NCBI GenBank assembly: GCA_965207455.1
Contig: CBDBMJ010000001.1
Coordinates: 384,001-448,000, forward strand
DNA length: 64,000 bases
Direction: 5' to 3'
DNA from: Bdellovibrionota bacterium
Lineage (GTDB): Bacteria; Bdellovibrionota; UBA1018; CAIPTA01; JAALKR01
Shown in pieces: positions 30,501-39,139 of the stretch; the first letter of the stretch is position 1; every line of letters begins with the position of its first letter. A model generated the notes under the pieces. The model made no database searches, had not been told where the DNA came from, and was given only the letters and a program-made list of their open reading frames with translations. The position numbers and the translations under genes are program-made.

Positions 30501-33199
30501 GCACAGACTCAAATCAAATAGCATCAAAGACAGTCGCTAGTAGTTCTATTTCAATAGAAATTACTGTTGGTAGTGATGGAATATACAACTATTATGCAAA
30601 ACAGGTGGATAGTTTGGGAAATGTTTCTTCTTGCTCCAGTGTACTGGAATATGAACTGGACACAACGGTTCTTACACCAACAATAGCATTGCCTTCAGGA
30701 GGTACAAGTCCTTCAACGGATACAACACCAAGTTTTTCTGTCTCTGGTCTAGAAATTGGATCAGTGGTAAGTTTATACACAGATAGTACTTGCACAGACT
30801 CAAATAAAATATCGTCAGAGACAGTCGTTAGTAGTTCTATTTCAATAGAAATTACTATCAGTAGTGATGGAACATATAACTATTATGCAAAACAGGTGGA
30901 TAGTTTGGGAAATGCTTCCTCTTGCTCCAGTCCACTGGAATATGAACTGGACACAACGGCTCTTACACCAATAATAGCATTGCCTTCAGGAGGTACAAGT
31001 CCTTCAACGGATACAACACCAAGTTTTTCTGTCTCTGGTCTAGAAATTGGGGGAGTGGTAAGTTTATACACAGATAGTACTTGCACAGACTCAAATAAAA
31101 TATCGTCAGAGACAGTCGTTAGTAGTTCTATTTCAATAGAAATTACTATCAGTAGTGATGGAATATATAACTATTATGCAAAACAGGTGGATAGTTTGGG
31201 AAATGCTTCCTCTTGCTCCAGTGTGCTGGAATATGAACTGGACACAACGGCTCTTACACCAACAATAGCATTGCCTTCAGGAGGTACAAGTCCTTCAACG
31301 GATACAACACCAAGTTTTTCTGTCTCTGGTCTAGAAATTGGATCAGTGGTAAGTTTATACACAGATAGTACTTGCACAGACTCAAATAAAATATCGTCAG
31401 AGACAGTCGTTAGTAGTTCTATTTCAGTAGACGTTACTATCAGTAGTGATGGAACATATAACTATTATGCAAAACAGGTGGATAGTCTAGGAAATATTTC
31501 CTCTTGTTCCAGTGCACTGGAATATGAACTGGACACAACGGCTCTTACACCAACAATAGCATTGCCTTCAGGACGTACAAGTCCTTCAAATAATGCAACA
31601 CCAAGTTTTTCTGTCTCTGGTCTAGAAATTGGGGGAGTGGTAAGTTTATACACAGATAGTACTTGCACAGACTCAAATCAAATAGCGTCAAAGACAGTCG
31701 CTAGTGGTTCTGTTTCAATAGAAATTACTATTGGTAGTGATGGAATATACAACTATTATGCAAAACAGGTGGATAGTCTAGGAAATATTTCCTCTTGCTC
31801 CAGTGTACTGGAATATGAGCTAGATAGAACAAATCCTCCTGAACCTTCCATAGCGCTAGCTCAAGGAGGCATAAGTCCTTCCACGAACACAAATCCTAAT
31901 TTTCTCATCTCAGATGTAGAAGATGGAGCAATGGTGAGTCTATATACAGATAGTACTTGTACGGATTCAAGTCAAGTAGCATCAGGCACAGCTACAGCTA
32001 GCACTATCACTTTAGGAATTACTCTAAGTAGCTATGGAACATATACTTATTATGCAAAACAGGTAAATGATCTGGGTACTGCCTCTAACTGTTCTAGCTC
32101 AAGTGTTATCTATGAATTTATAGAGGCACGAGTTGTAGAACTTTCCATGAGATCACATCATAATTGCATTATTTTAAATGACAGCACTCTGAAATGCTGG
32201 GGTCGTAATATTTATGGACAATTAGGTGATGGCACAACTACAAATCAAAAAGAAGCAGTAGCAGTCCCTAATCTAACAAATGTTACTCAACTTTCTTTAG
32301 GAATTGATCATACCTGCGCTCTTTTAGATGACAGTACTGTAAAGTGCTGGGGTCGTAATATTTATGGACAATTAGGTGATGGTACAACCTCAACTCGAGC
32401 AGAACCAACAGCAGTCTCTAGTCTCACAAATGTTACTCAAATTTCTTCAGGAAATTATCATAATTGCGCTCTTTTAAGTGACGATACTGTGAAATGCTGG
32501 GGTCGTAATAATTATGGAGAGTTAGGTAATAGCATAGCTACAAATCAAACATCACCAGTAGATGTCTCTAGTCTCACAGATGTTACTCAAATTTCTTTGG
32601 GAGGTTATCATACTTGCGCTCTTTTAAGTGACGCTACTGTGGAATGCTGGGGTTGGAACACTTATGGGCAATTAGGTAATGGGACAACTACAAATCAAAC
32701 ATCACCAGTAGATGTCTCTAGTCTCACAGATGTTACTCAAATTGTTTTAGGAGCTCGTCACACCTGTGCTCTTTTAGATGATGCTACTGTGGAATGCTGG
32801 GGTTGGAACACTTATGGGCAATTAGGTAATGGGAGTACTGCAAGTCAAACAGAAGCAACAGCGATCGCAGATCTTGCAGATGTTACTCAAATTGCTTTGG
32901 GAGGTTATAATACTTGCGCTCTTTTAGATGATAAGACTGCTAAATGTTGGGGAGCAAACTCTTATGGACAATTAGGTTTTAGCAGTGCTGTAAGTTCGAC
33001 TACACCAACAGCAGTCCCTGATCTCACAGATATCGCTCAAATTGCTTTCGGAGATATTCATGCTTGTGCTTATTTAACTAACAGCGCTGTAAAATGCTGG
33101 GGAAGTAATAACAATGGGCAATTAGGAGATGGCACAACTGAAGATAAATCTGCAGCAACACCGGTTATCGGCTTTCCAGGGGTAGCAAGTTTTGATTAA
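27575..33199 (+). CDS. Giant surface lipoprotein: about 15 Ig-like repeats plus C-terminal 7-blade RCC1/BLIP-II-like propeller
   Basis: Lipobox ITGC; ~97-aa units (P.IAL..SPS..TPSF.VSG...VSLYTDSTC...YNYYAKQVD..GN.S.CS); seven CWG.N.YGQLG repeats. Start uncertain. Confidence 0.85.
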   Translation: MRNLLMKMIVSHYKLILQRRRDARRIEYKKINFRLVPFILFIFITGCSNALNSIFSASFSFTIEEGYSENGIYYSRNPSPVFKFSNVKAGALVTLHEDAECAGVIISEDAVPTVDQVDIQLKESIVSDGSETYYAKHALGENIFNCIEINYVLDRMAARPTLALGNELSSPSTEPNLSFLVSDLEIGSEVSLHTDSNCIDEKVTSSIATGTTLTIATALNSDGTYNYYAKQVDRIGNISNCSSVVEYVLDRENPSEPSIGLAQGTTSPSSNVNPNFLVSGVEDGATVSLHMDDACSDSSSAIGTASSNSITLESIITNGNDTYNYYAKQVDGAGNASSCSNLSAEYILDDSLFGIPVVGLAGTGTSPSQNTNPSFLITNIEDGATVTLHTDSACSDASQTASGTSSGDFITLSLATSLTDDETYTYYAKQIKPPNSACSSTGLTYVLDRVAPTVPSLVLGSPSRNLDPSFVVSGVENEATVGLYTDSSCTEANKVASGTATASSITLSLATSLTDDKTYIYYVKQVDRASNSSNCSNAVEYELDTNALAPTIALPSGLTSPSTDTTPSFSVSGLEIGGVVSLYTDSTCTDSNKIASKTVASSSISIEVTISSDGIYNYYAKQVDSLGNASFCSSALEYELDITALTPTIALPSGGTSPSTDTTPSFSVSGLEIGAVVSLYTDSTCTDSNQIASKTVASSSISIEITVGSDGIYNYYAKQVDSLGNVSSCSSVLEYELDTTVLTPTIALPSGGTSPSTDTTPSFSVSGLEIGSVVSLYTDSTCTDSNKISSETVVSSSISIEITISSDGTYNYYAKQVDSLGNASSCSSPLEYELDTTALTPIIALPSGGTSPSTDTTPSFSVSGLEIGGVVSLYTDSTCTDSNKISSETVVSSSISIEVTISSDGTYSYYAKQVDSLGNASSCSSVLEYELDTTALTPTIALPSGLTSPSTDTTPSFSVSGLEIGGVVSLHTDSTCTDSNQIASKTVASSSISIEITVGSDGIYNYYAKQVDSLGNVSSCSSVLEYELDTTVLTPTIALPSGGTSPSTDTTPSFSVSGLEIGSVVSLYTDSTCTDSNKISSETVVSSSISIEITISSDGTYNYYAKQVDSLGNASSCSSPLEYELDTTALTPIIALPSGGTSPSTDTTPSFSVSGLEIGGVVSLYTDSTCTDSNKISSETVVSSSISIEITISSDGIYNYYAKQVDSLGNASSCSSVLEYELDTTALTPTIALPSGGTSPSTDTTPSFSVSGLEIGSVVSLYTDSTCTDSNKISSETVVSSSISVDVTISSDGTYNYYAKQVDSLGNISSCSSALEYELDTTALTPTIALPSGRTSPSNNATPSFSVSGLEIGGVVSLYTDSTCTDSNQIASKTVASGSVSIEITIGSDGIYNYYAKQVDSLGNISSCSSVLEYELDRTNPPEPSIALAQGGISPSTNTNPNFLISDVEDGAMVSLYTDSTCTDSSQVASGTATASTITLGITLSSYGTYTYYAKQVNDLGTASNCSSSSVIYEFIEARVVELSMRSHHNCIILNDSTLKCWGRNIYGQLGDGTTTNQKEAVAVPNLTNVTQLSLGIDHTCALLDDSTVKCWGRNIYGQLGDGTTSTRAEPTAVSSLTNVTQISSGNYHNCALLSDDTVKCWGRNNYGELGNSIATNQTSPVDVSSLTDVTQISLGGYHTCALLSDATVECWGWNTYGQLGNGTTTNQTSPVDVSSLTDVTQIVLGARHTCALLDDATVECWGWNTYGQLGNGSTASQTEATAIADLADVTQIALGGYNTCALLDDKTAKCWGANSYGQLGFSSAVSSTTPTAVPDLTDIAQIAFGDIHACAYLTNSAVKCWGSNNNGQLGDGTTEDKSAATPVIGFPGVASFD
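29190..31825 (+). repeat. Nine near-identical 291-bp tandem repeats within the giant lipoprotein gene
   Basis: Shadow ORFs recur at exactly 291-bp intervals (29137, 29428, 29719 ... 31465). Boundaries approximate. Confidence 0.92.
32130..33170 (+). repeat. Seven 150-bp RCC1-like blade repeats
   Basis: TGCTGGGG(T)...GGACAATTAGG recurring every 150 bp. Confidence 0.85.
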
Positions 33200-33735
33200 T
33201 ACAAGTCTTGATCTGAGGATTCGTTATTTACTTTATCAATCAAATACTCAACAACGTCATCCTTGCCCATAAGTTCCACATTAATAACTTTCTTTAGGCA
33301 ATATCCTCCTCGAGCAGAGCAACCAGGAGTATTGACTGTTTTATTAGAAGTTTTGCAAATTCCTCCCTCTTGCGTTTTATCCATAGATCGTAAAGCGGCA
33401 AGAACAGATTTCTTATTTGCATTGGGAGCATATCCCTGTTGCATCTCTTCTACTAAGGTAGACAAGTGGTTCGTTTCTGAATTCGTTTGATTACTTACTT
33501 CCCATAGAAGGCTATACACATATTTATGGTCTGTTCCTATAGCTGTAATAAAATGATTTTTACTATCCATGGATGCAAGTTTCTCTTTAAACTCTTCCTC
33601 ATTAATTTCTTTCGCAGCATACGCATAATAGAGGGCACATGCGGAATTGTGCTCCCATTTAATAGCTGCTAAAGCAGGATCCTGAGCCATGACCAATGAA
33701 ATGGTCGACATTATTATTACTTTTATTACCTTCAT
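33196..33735 (-). CDS. Hypothetical secreted protein
   Basis: Signal peptide MKVIKVIIMSTISLVMAQDPALA; AGGAGA RBS; 4 Cys. Confidence 0.6.
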   Translation of the reverse strand: MKVIKVIIMSTISLVMAQDPALAAIKWEHNSACALYYAYAAKEINEEEFKEKLASMDSKNHFITAIGTDHKYVYSLLWEVSNQTNSETNHLSTLVEEMQQGYAPNANKKSVLAALRSMDKTQEGGICKTSNKTVNTPGCSARGGYCLKKVINVELMGKDDVVEYLIDKVNNESSDQDLY

Positions 33736-33975
33736 CCTTCGCGTTCTCCTTGTATTATAAATTTCCCATTGATGAGATTTTTCAGTCCCAACAATGCAGA
33801 AATTTACTCCAAACAGCGCAATACGTCAATAGAAATATTGCCTCCTGTTTCCTTCGAGTTGACTCATAAAGCTAAAATAGCTTTGAATGCAATACGTTGC
33901 GAGCAATTAATTCATAATATACTCATAGTATACCCTCAAGAAACACACGAGCAGAAGTAGTGTACTGAAAAACTA

Positions 33976-34635
33976 CTATATGATTTCATTCATTGTAATG
34001 TTAAACGTTCCCACCTTTATGGCACTATTAGCATTTTTTTGGAAATCTACGATCACGATCTCTCTTTCCGCTGCCGTTAGATCTTGGAGAATTCTGTCAC
34101 CTTTGTTGAGAGCATCCCCCTTAAAGTACACTTGGGTTGTTAGCTCTCTAAAACCTCTGAGATGGGATTTTAGGTGGATATGGGGCGGTCGTACCCATGT
34201 AGGTGTGGCCCTATACTCTCCAGGTATAATTGTTTTAAAGCTATACTCACCTTTCTCATTGCTAGTGGCTCGACCCCAATATTGAAAGTTAGGATCAAGT
34301 GCTGCCGTGTTAGGATCACGTGGATGTTTGTATCTCCCTGTTGCACAGGCCTGCCATATTTCCACTAAAGCACCGTTAACCGGCTTGCAGTTTTCATCCT
34401 GTACAATACCTTTAAGAATAACCACTTCTCCTAAAGCTTTTTCTGTTGAGCCTTGGATATTTGTCAAATCTCTATCTTTATCTTCTTGATCTACTGCGGG
34501 ATAAAATGGTCCCGAAGTTTGTTGAGGTGTTAAAAAACAGCTCTCTGCTTTACTGATACCACTTGTAATAGCAAGTATGGAACCTGCCGACAAGGCTGTC
34601 TTTTTTATATAATTTCTTCTACTTAGTTTGTTCAT
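33976..34635 (-). CDS. Tat-exported intradiol ring-cleavage dioxygenase-like protein (PcaH-like fold)
   Basis: SRRNYIK twin-arginine signal; GPFYP, VEIWQAC..GRY, PGEY, RPPHIH iron ligands; AGGAGG RBS before ATG 34635. Confidence 0.88.
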   Translation of the reverse strand: MNKLSRRNYIKKTALSAGSILAITSGISKAESCFLTPQQTSGPFYPAVDQEDKDRDLTNIQGSTEKALGEVVILKGIVQDENCKPVNGALVEIWQACATGRYKHPRDPNTAALDPNFQYWGRATSNEKGEYSFKTIIPGEYRATPTWVRPPHIHLKSHLRGFRELTTQVYFKGDALNKGDRILQDLTAAEREIVIVDFQKNANSAIKVGTFNITMNEII

Positions 34636-34775
34636 AATTCCTCCTATTTTTTTGACGCATGAAATATTCAAATACCCATACGTCAGGTTAAGTTTTTTTG
34701 CTCTCAAGGATACTTTCGGACATATCTGGAAATAAATATAATGATATTTTTCATTCTTTGTGATAAAAAAAATTT

Positions 34776-35609
34776 ATGTCAATGAGTTTGGACGATATAA
34801 AGAACTTTGTTGCGGTGAGTGAGAATTTAAATATCACAAGAGCCTCTGAGTTTCTGGGAGTCTCACAACCCACACTGAGCTATTCCATGAAAAGGTTGGA
34901 GAGTGAGTTTAATGAAAAACTTATTATACGGTTAAAAAACGGTATTCAATTAACGAAACTAGGTGAAGAGTTTTATGGGCGAGCAAAAAGATTAATCCTT
35001 TACTGGGAGGATTCTAGAAAAATATTTTCAGTGGAAGATCGCCATAGCTTTGCTGAGTTTTCCATAGGCATCCATCCATCGGTGGCAATATATAGCTTAG
35101 ATAAATTTTTGCCGGAAGTTTACCGTAAGTATCCTCGCTTGAGTTTTAATCTGCTTCATGGTTTGTCGCGAGAAATGTCGAAAAAAGTGATCAACTGGGA
35201 GGTGGATTTTGCCATTGCCATAAACCCCATCGAACACCTAGATATTGTTATTAAAGAGATTGGAAAAGATGAAGTTACATTATTTTCAACGAGTAGAAGC
35301 CTAAAGAAAATTATTTATGATCCACGACTGGCACAGTCGGTTTTTATTATGAAAAAAATAAAAAAATTAAATCTGCATACAAGAGAATATATCCATTCCA
35401 GTAATTTAGAAGTAATCGCAAAGCTCTGCTCTTCTGGATTAGGGTACGGTCTCCTGCCCACAAGAGTTGCCAACAATTATAAGAATTTAAAAAAGTTGGC
35501 GGGCGCACCAAAGTTTATAGATAGAATTTGCTTGATCTACAGAAAAGAGCGTCATGGAAATTCTATCAGTCAAAATATTTTAAAAATAATTAAAGAATCT
35601 ATCTTATAG
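34776..35609 (+). CDS. LysR-family transcriptional regulator
   Basis: NITRASEFLGVSQPTLSYSMKRLE HTH; LTKLG; GLGYGLLP; divergent from the dioxygenase. Confidence 0.92.
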   Translation: MSMSLDDIKNFVAVSENLNITRASEFLGVSQPTLSYSMKRLESEFNEKLIIRLKNGIQLTKLGEEFYGRAKRLILYWEDSRKIFSVEDRHSFAEFSIGIHPSVAIYSLDKFLPEVYRKYPRLSFNLLHGLSREMSKKVINWEVDFAIAINPIEHLDIVIKEIGKDEVTLFSTSRSLKKIIYDPRLAQSVFIMKKIKKLNLHTREYIHSSNLEVIAKLCSSGLGYGLLPTRVANNYKNLKKLAGAPKFIDRICLIYRKERHGNSISQNILKIIKESIL

Positions 35610-35800
35610 ATTGTCACGTTTCAGCAAATGATTAAAAAACTGCTGCAAAGCATTTTCATACAACGGTTGACGGTGCGCGCGTTAAGAAAAAATTGTTTTA
35701 TTCTTGACGTTTTGTTCTTTATTCTCTAGTCTATATTACTAATATAGAAATATAGAAACACACGAAACTAAACTAAACATAACAATAGAGGAGAAGAAAG

Positions 35801-36478
35801 ATGAAAAACAAAAAAAAATATACTGGTATTACTCTAGCGCTTTCCCTAGCCCTGGGGTTTCTGTTAACAACAACTGCTGAGGCTCGTCGGCTCACTCTAA
35901 CAGTGGATCGTAGATATAGTTCGGGTAATGTCATTGAACTGAAAAGAATGGCCAATCGACAATATAACAGGAGTGTTTTGCGAGGCAGAAAATTAATTGC
36001 CATAGAGGTCAAAGGAAATAGCACTCGAAGTACGAGAGCAAGACTGTCCTTAGTAGTAGACGGTGATCAGGAGAGTAGTGAACGCTTGAGGAGATCTCGT
36101 GAGAGAATTATTATGAGAAATCATGGACGCTCTAATGGTTCTTGGGAACTGGAAATAGATCGAGCACCTGCATACATAGAGGAAATCGTTCTTATTGTCG
36201 GAAATAGGAATGGAAATGGAAATGGAAACAGAGATCCTCGTTGTGGGCGTGCGTGTCAGCGAGCCTGTGATCTACACACATCCACATATCGTTTAGAGCG
36301 GCTTTGCAAAGAAATAGGTTCCAGACCTAAGGTTACTAAAGGTTGTAAACGCTTCACGAGTACCCCTTCGTTAGAGGGAGTTTGCTTATCCAGGAGAGTA
36401 AATCCTGGCCATGCGAAAAGATGCTATCGAAACACTCGTACTCAACGAGCAGAGCGAAGGTGCTTAGAAAGATTTTAA
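35801..36478 (+). CDS. Secreted protein: N-terminal beta-rich domain plus Arg-rich Cys-periodic module
   Basis: Signal peptide, GAGGAG RBS, NGNGNGN linker, 8-Cys C-terminal module. Confidence 0.8.
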   Translation: MKNKKKYTGITLALSLALGFLLTTTAEARRLTLTVDRRYSSGNVIELKRMANRQYNRSVLRGRKLIAIEVKGNSTRSTRARLSLVVDGDQESSERLRRSRERIIMRNHGRSNGSWELEIDRAPAYIEEIVLIVGNRNGNGNGNRDPRCGRACQRACDLHTSTYRLERLCKEIGSRPKVTKGCKRFTSTPSLEGVCLSRRVNPGHAKRCYRNTRTQRAERRCLERF

Positions 36479-36503
36479 CTAACACCTAAAAACTGTCAAA
36501 AAT

Positions 36504-36556
36504 AAGCCTGTCTGTTTATTGTTTTTTTTTCTAACAATATGCGTACAGGCTTTTTC
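36504..36556 (+). terminator. Putative Rho-independent terminator
   Basis: AAGCCTGT...TATTGTT / AACAATA...ACAGGCTT nested stem, then T run. Confidence 0.6.
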
Positions 36557-36731
36557 TATTTATAAACATTCCTAATCTTCGTCGAAAATTCACTGCGAAG
36601 CATTATTTATTGACGGCACGCGCGTCAAGAAAGCATTTTTTTTATTATTGATGTTTTGTTTTTTATTCCCTAGTCTGTATATAGAAACACACAAAACGTA
36701 ACTAAGCTTAATATATAGGAGGAGAAGAAAG

Positions 36732-37787
36732 GTGAAAAAACAATATACTGGTATTACTCTAGCGCTTTCCCTAGCCCTAGGTTTGCTGTTAACAACAACT
36801 GCTGAAGCTCGTTGGCTTACTCTAAAAGTGGATCGTAAATATAGTGCGGGTAGTTTCATTGGATTGAAAAAAATGGCCAAACGACAATATGAGAAAAATA
36901 TTTTGCGTGGCAAAAGTTTAATCGCCATAGAGGTCAAAGGAAATAGCACTCAAAGTACGAAATCGGAGTTGTCCTTAGTAGTAAACGATGATGAGCAGAG
37001 TAGTGATCGCTTGAAGACTTCTCTTGAGAGAATTATTCTGAAAAATAATGAAAGCTCAAGTGGTTCCTGGGAACTGGGAATAGACCGTGGACCTGCATAC
37101 ATAGAAGAAATTGTTCTTATTGTCGGAAAGAAAAATAAGCAAGGTGAATGCGGAAGAGCGTGCCAGCGATCATGTGATACATACACATCAAGTGATAGTT
37201 TGGAGAGTTTTTGCAATTATATAGGATCCGATCCTACTACTACTCGCAATTGTTACATACATACCAACACCCATCGTTTACAAAGAGCTTGTTTGTCTGG
37301 GCAACCACTGCGCGATAGTATTACTGGTTGTGATCTGTTTACCAGTAACGATGAGTTACAGGAAATTTGCTTAGAAGAGGGAGTAACCCGGGATTATGCA
37401 AGGAAATGTTATTTCCACAGCGATGATGAGCGCGGGTGCTTAGAAGACTTCAATAAAAGTGAGGATGAGATCTGCGGACCTGCCTGCAAACGAGCCTGTG
37501 ATACATATACGTCCAGTGATGATTTAGAGCGGTTCTGTAGAAAAATAGTTTCCGATCCTACTACTACTCGCAATTGTTACATACATACCAGCGGCGATAG
37601 TTTACAGAGATCTTGTTTGCTTGGGCAACCACCACGCGATAGTATTACTGGTTGTGATATATTTACCAGTAACGATGAATTACAGGGAATTTGCTTGGAA
37701 AAGGCAGTACCTCGCGATTATGCAAGGAACTGCTATTTCCGCAGCGATAATGAGCGTAAGTGCTTAGAAAACTTCACAAAGCCGTAG
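36732..37787 (+). CDS. Secreted paralog of 35801 with two tandem 108-aa acidic Cys-rich modules
   Basis: GTG start with AGGAGG RBS; N-terminal domain highly similar to 35801; modules start at 37149 and 37473 (324 bp apart). Confidence 0.82.
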   Translation: MKKQYTGITLALSLALGLLLTTTAEARWLTLKVDRKYSAGSFIGLKKMAKRQYEKNILRGKSLIAIEVKGNSTQSTKSELSLVVNDDEQSSDRLKTSLERIILKNNESSSGSWELGIDRGPAYIEEIVLIVGKKNKQGECGRACQRSCDTYTSSDSLESFCNYIGSDPTTTRNCYIHTNTHRLQRACLSGQPLRDSITGCDLFTSNDELQEICLEEGVTRDYARKCYFHSDDERGCLEDFNKSEDEICGPACKRACDTYTSSDDLERFCRKIVSDPTTTRNCYIHTSGDSLQRSCLLGQPPRDSITGCDIFTSNDELQGICLEKAVPRDYARNCYFRSDNERKCLENFTKP

Positions 37788-37846
37788 AAATGCCGTAAAA
37801 ATGCCGTAGGGGGTCCGTGTGTTTGTATGGTATAAGTTCTTTTCAT

Positions 37847-39139
37847 ATGGAATATTTAGATCAAACACCGGGCACTGGCTTTCGCTCCTATGTGGCTCAA
37901 CAGATTTTTGCCAAGGAACAGGAGATAGAGAGTTGGTTTGAAAAAAAAGAAGACTGTTGTCCCGTGCCTCCCTATACCAGCATTGACCTTCGGGATTCAG
38001 GGTTTAAGTCTGTTCCTGTGGACTCCAACACCTTTCCAGCAGGCTTTAATAATATATGTATAGAGGACTGGAAGGTGGCTGCCCAAGGGTTTCAAAAAAC
38101 CTTAAAGGCTAAGAACAAGCAATCACCTCAAAAAATCCTACTAATTGCAGAAAGCTATACCTCCAACCCCTTTTACTTTGAAAACCTAAGGGTATTAAGA
38201 GAAATGCTCCAGTTGGCAGGCTTTCCCACTACGATTGGTCACTGCAATTCACAGTTGGAGGGTGATGGGAAAATCTCTGAAATGGAAACCAGTTCTAAGC
38301 AAAAAATTATTCTCGAAAGAGTGGAGCGTAGGGGGCAAGAAATTTTTACTGCTCAAGCAAATTTTTCCTCGGACAAAGATTTAATTCTCTTAAATAATGA
38401 TTTGAGTGGAGGGCTTCCTGAGGAACTGGAGGGTCTTGATTATAAAATTAGTCCCAATCCGTCGATGGGTTGGTTCCAGCGCAAGAAAAGCACTCACCTT
38501 ACTTATTATAATAGGCTTGCTAGGGAGTTGGCTCAGATACTTCAAATCGATCCCTTTCTTATAACAGCACGGTTTTCCCAAGTAAGTGGTATGGATTTTC
38601 AAGAAAGCACGGGGTTGGATACTTTGGCCAAAGCGGTGGACAAGCTCGTGGAGGAAATTCGTTTGGATTATAAGGAGCAGGACATACAGGTGGAGCCCTT
38701 TGTCTTTATTAAGGACAATTCAGGAACCCATGGTCGGTCCATTATGGTGGTAAAAAGTGGGTCGGATATTTTACAAATGAACCGACGAACGAAAACCAAA
38801 ATGAATACGGGTAAGGGCGGCGTACAGGTGAACAACGTACTACTTATGGAGGGCATTCCCACCGACGTGCTAGAAGAAGGCGAAAGTGCAGAACCGGTAA
38901 TTTACCTTGCTGGTAGTCGACCCATAGGAGGCTTTCTCCGTATTCATCCCAAACGAAGTCAGGGGGAGAACCTTAACGCCCCGGGAGCATACTTTAAAAC
39001 CCTATGTTTTGCGAACCTATTAAAAGATCCCAGCCCCCAAACAATTGTGTTGGAGAAGTTTTATGGTATGTTAGGGAGACTATCCACAATAGCTAACGGG
39101 CAGGAAATGAATGAAGAAAATCTCGAATACAGTTGTTGA
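37847..39139 (+). CDS. gshA: Glutamate--cysteine ligase, divergent ATP-grasp (ferrooxidans) type
   Basis: PYTSIDLRDSGFK..PVDSN.FPAGFNN, LNNDLS, GWFQRKKS.H, IKDNSGTHG, AEPVIY, ENLNAPG. Confidence 0.85.
   Translation: MEYLDQTPGTGFRSYVAQQIFAKEQEIESWFEKKEDCCPVPPYTSIDLRDSGFKSVPVDSNTFPAGFNNICIEDWKVAAQGFQKTLKAKNKQSPQKILLIAESYTSNPFYFENLRVLREMLQLAGFPTTIGHCNSQLEGDGKISEMETSSKQKIILERVERRGQEIFTAQANFSSDKDLILLNNDLSGGLPEELEGLDYKISPNPSMGWFQRKKSTHLTYYNRLARELAQILQIDPFLITARFSQVSGMDFQESTGLDTLAKAVDKLVEEIRLDYKEQDIQVEPFVFIKDNSGTHGRSIMVVKSGSDILQMNRRTKTKMNTGKGGVQVNNVLLMEGIPTDVLEEGESAEPVIYLAGSRPIGGFLRIHPKRSQGENLNAPGAYFKTLCFANLLKDPSPQTIVLEKFYGMLGRLSTIANGQEMNEENLEYSC

Noticed and set aside
29137..31668. Nine periodic minus-strand ORFs, possibly a CRISPR-like or cassette array
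   Set aside because: Antisense shadows of the 291-bp coding repeats; no repeat-spacer structure and no cas genes.
32130..33199. Possible diversity-generating retroelement target in the RCC1 tip
   Set aside because: No reverse transcriptase or adenine-specific template/variable pair in the window; similarity is ordinary blade repetition.
33769..33960. 63-aa ORF between two minus-strand genes
   Set aside because: No RBS or recognisable motif; cannot be supported.
37778..37816. Three 11-bp-period GCCGTA repeats ending in TAGGGGGTCC, resembling the tRNA-Ala 3' end
   Set aside because: Match too short and imperfect to call an att site; probably local slippage at the stop codon.
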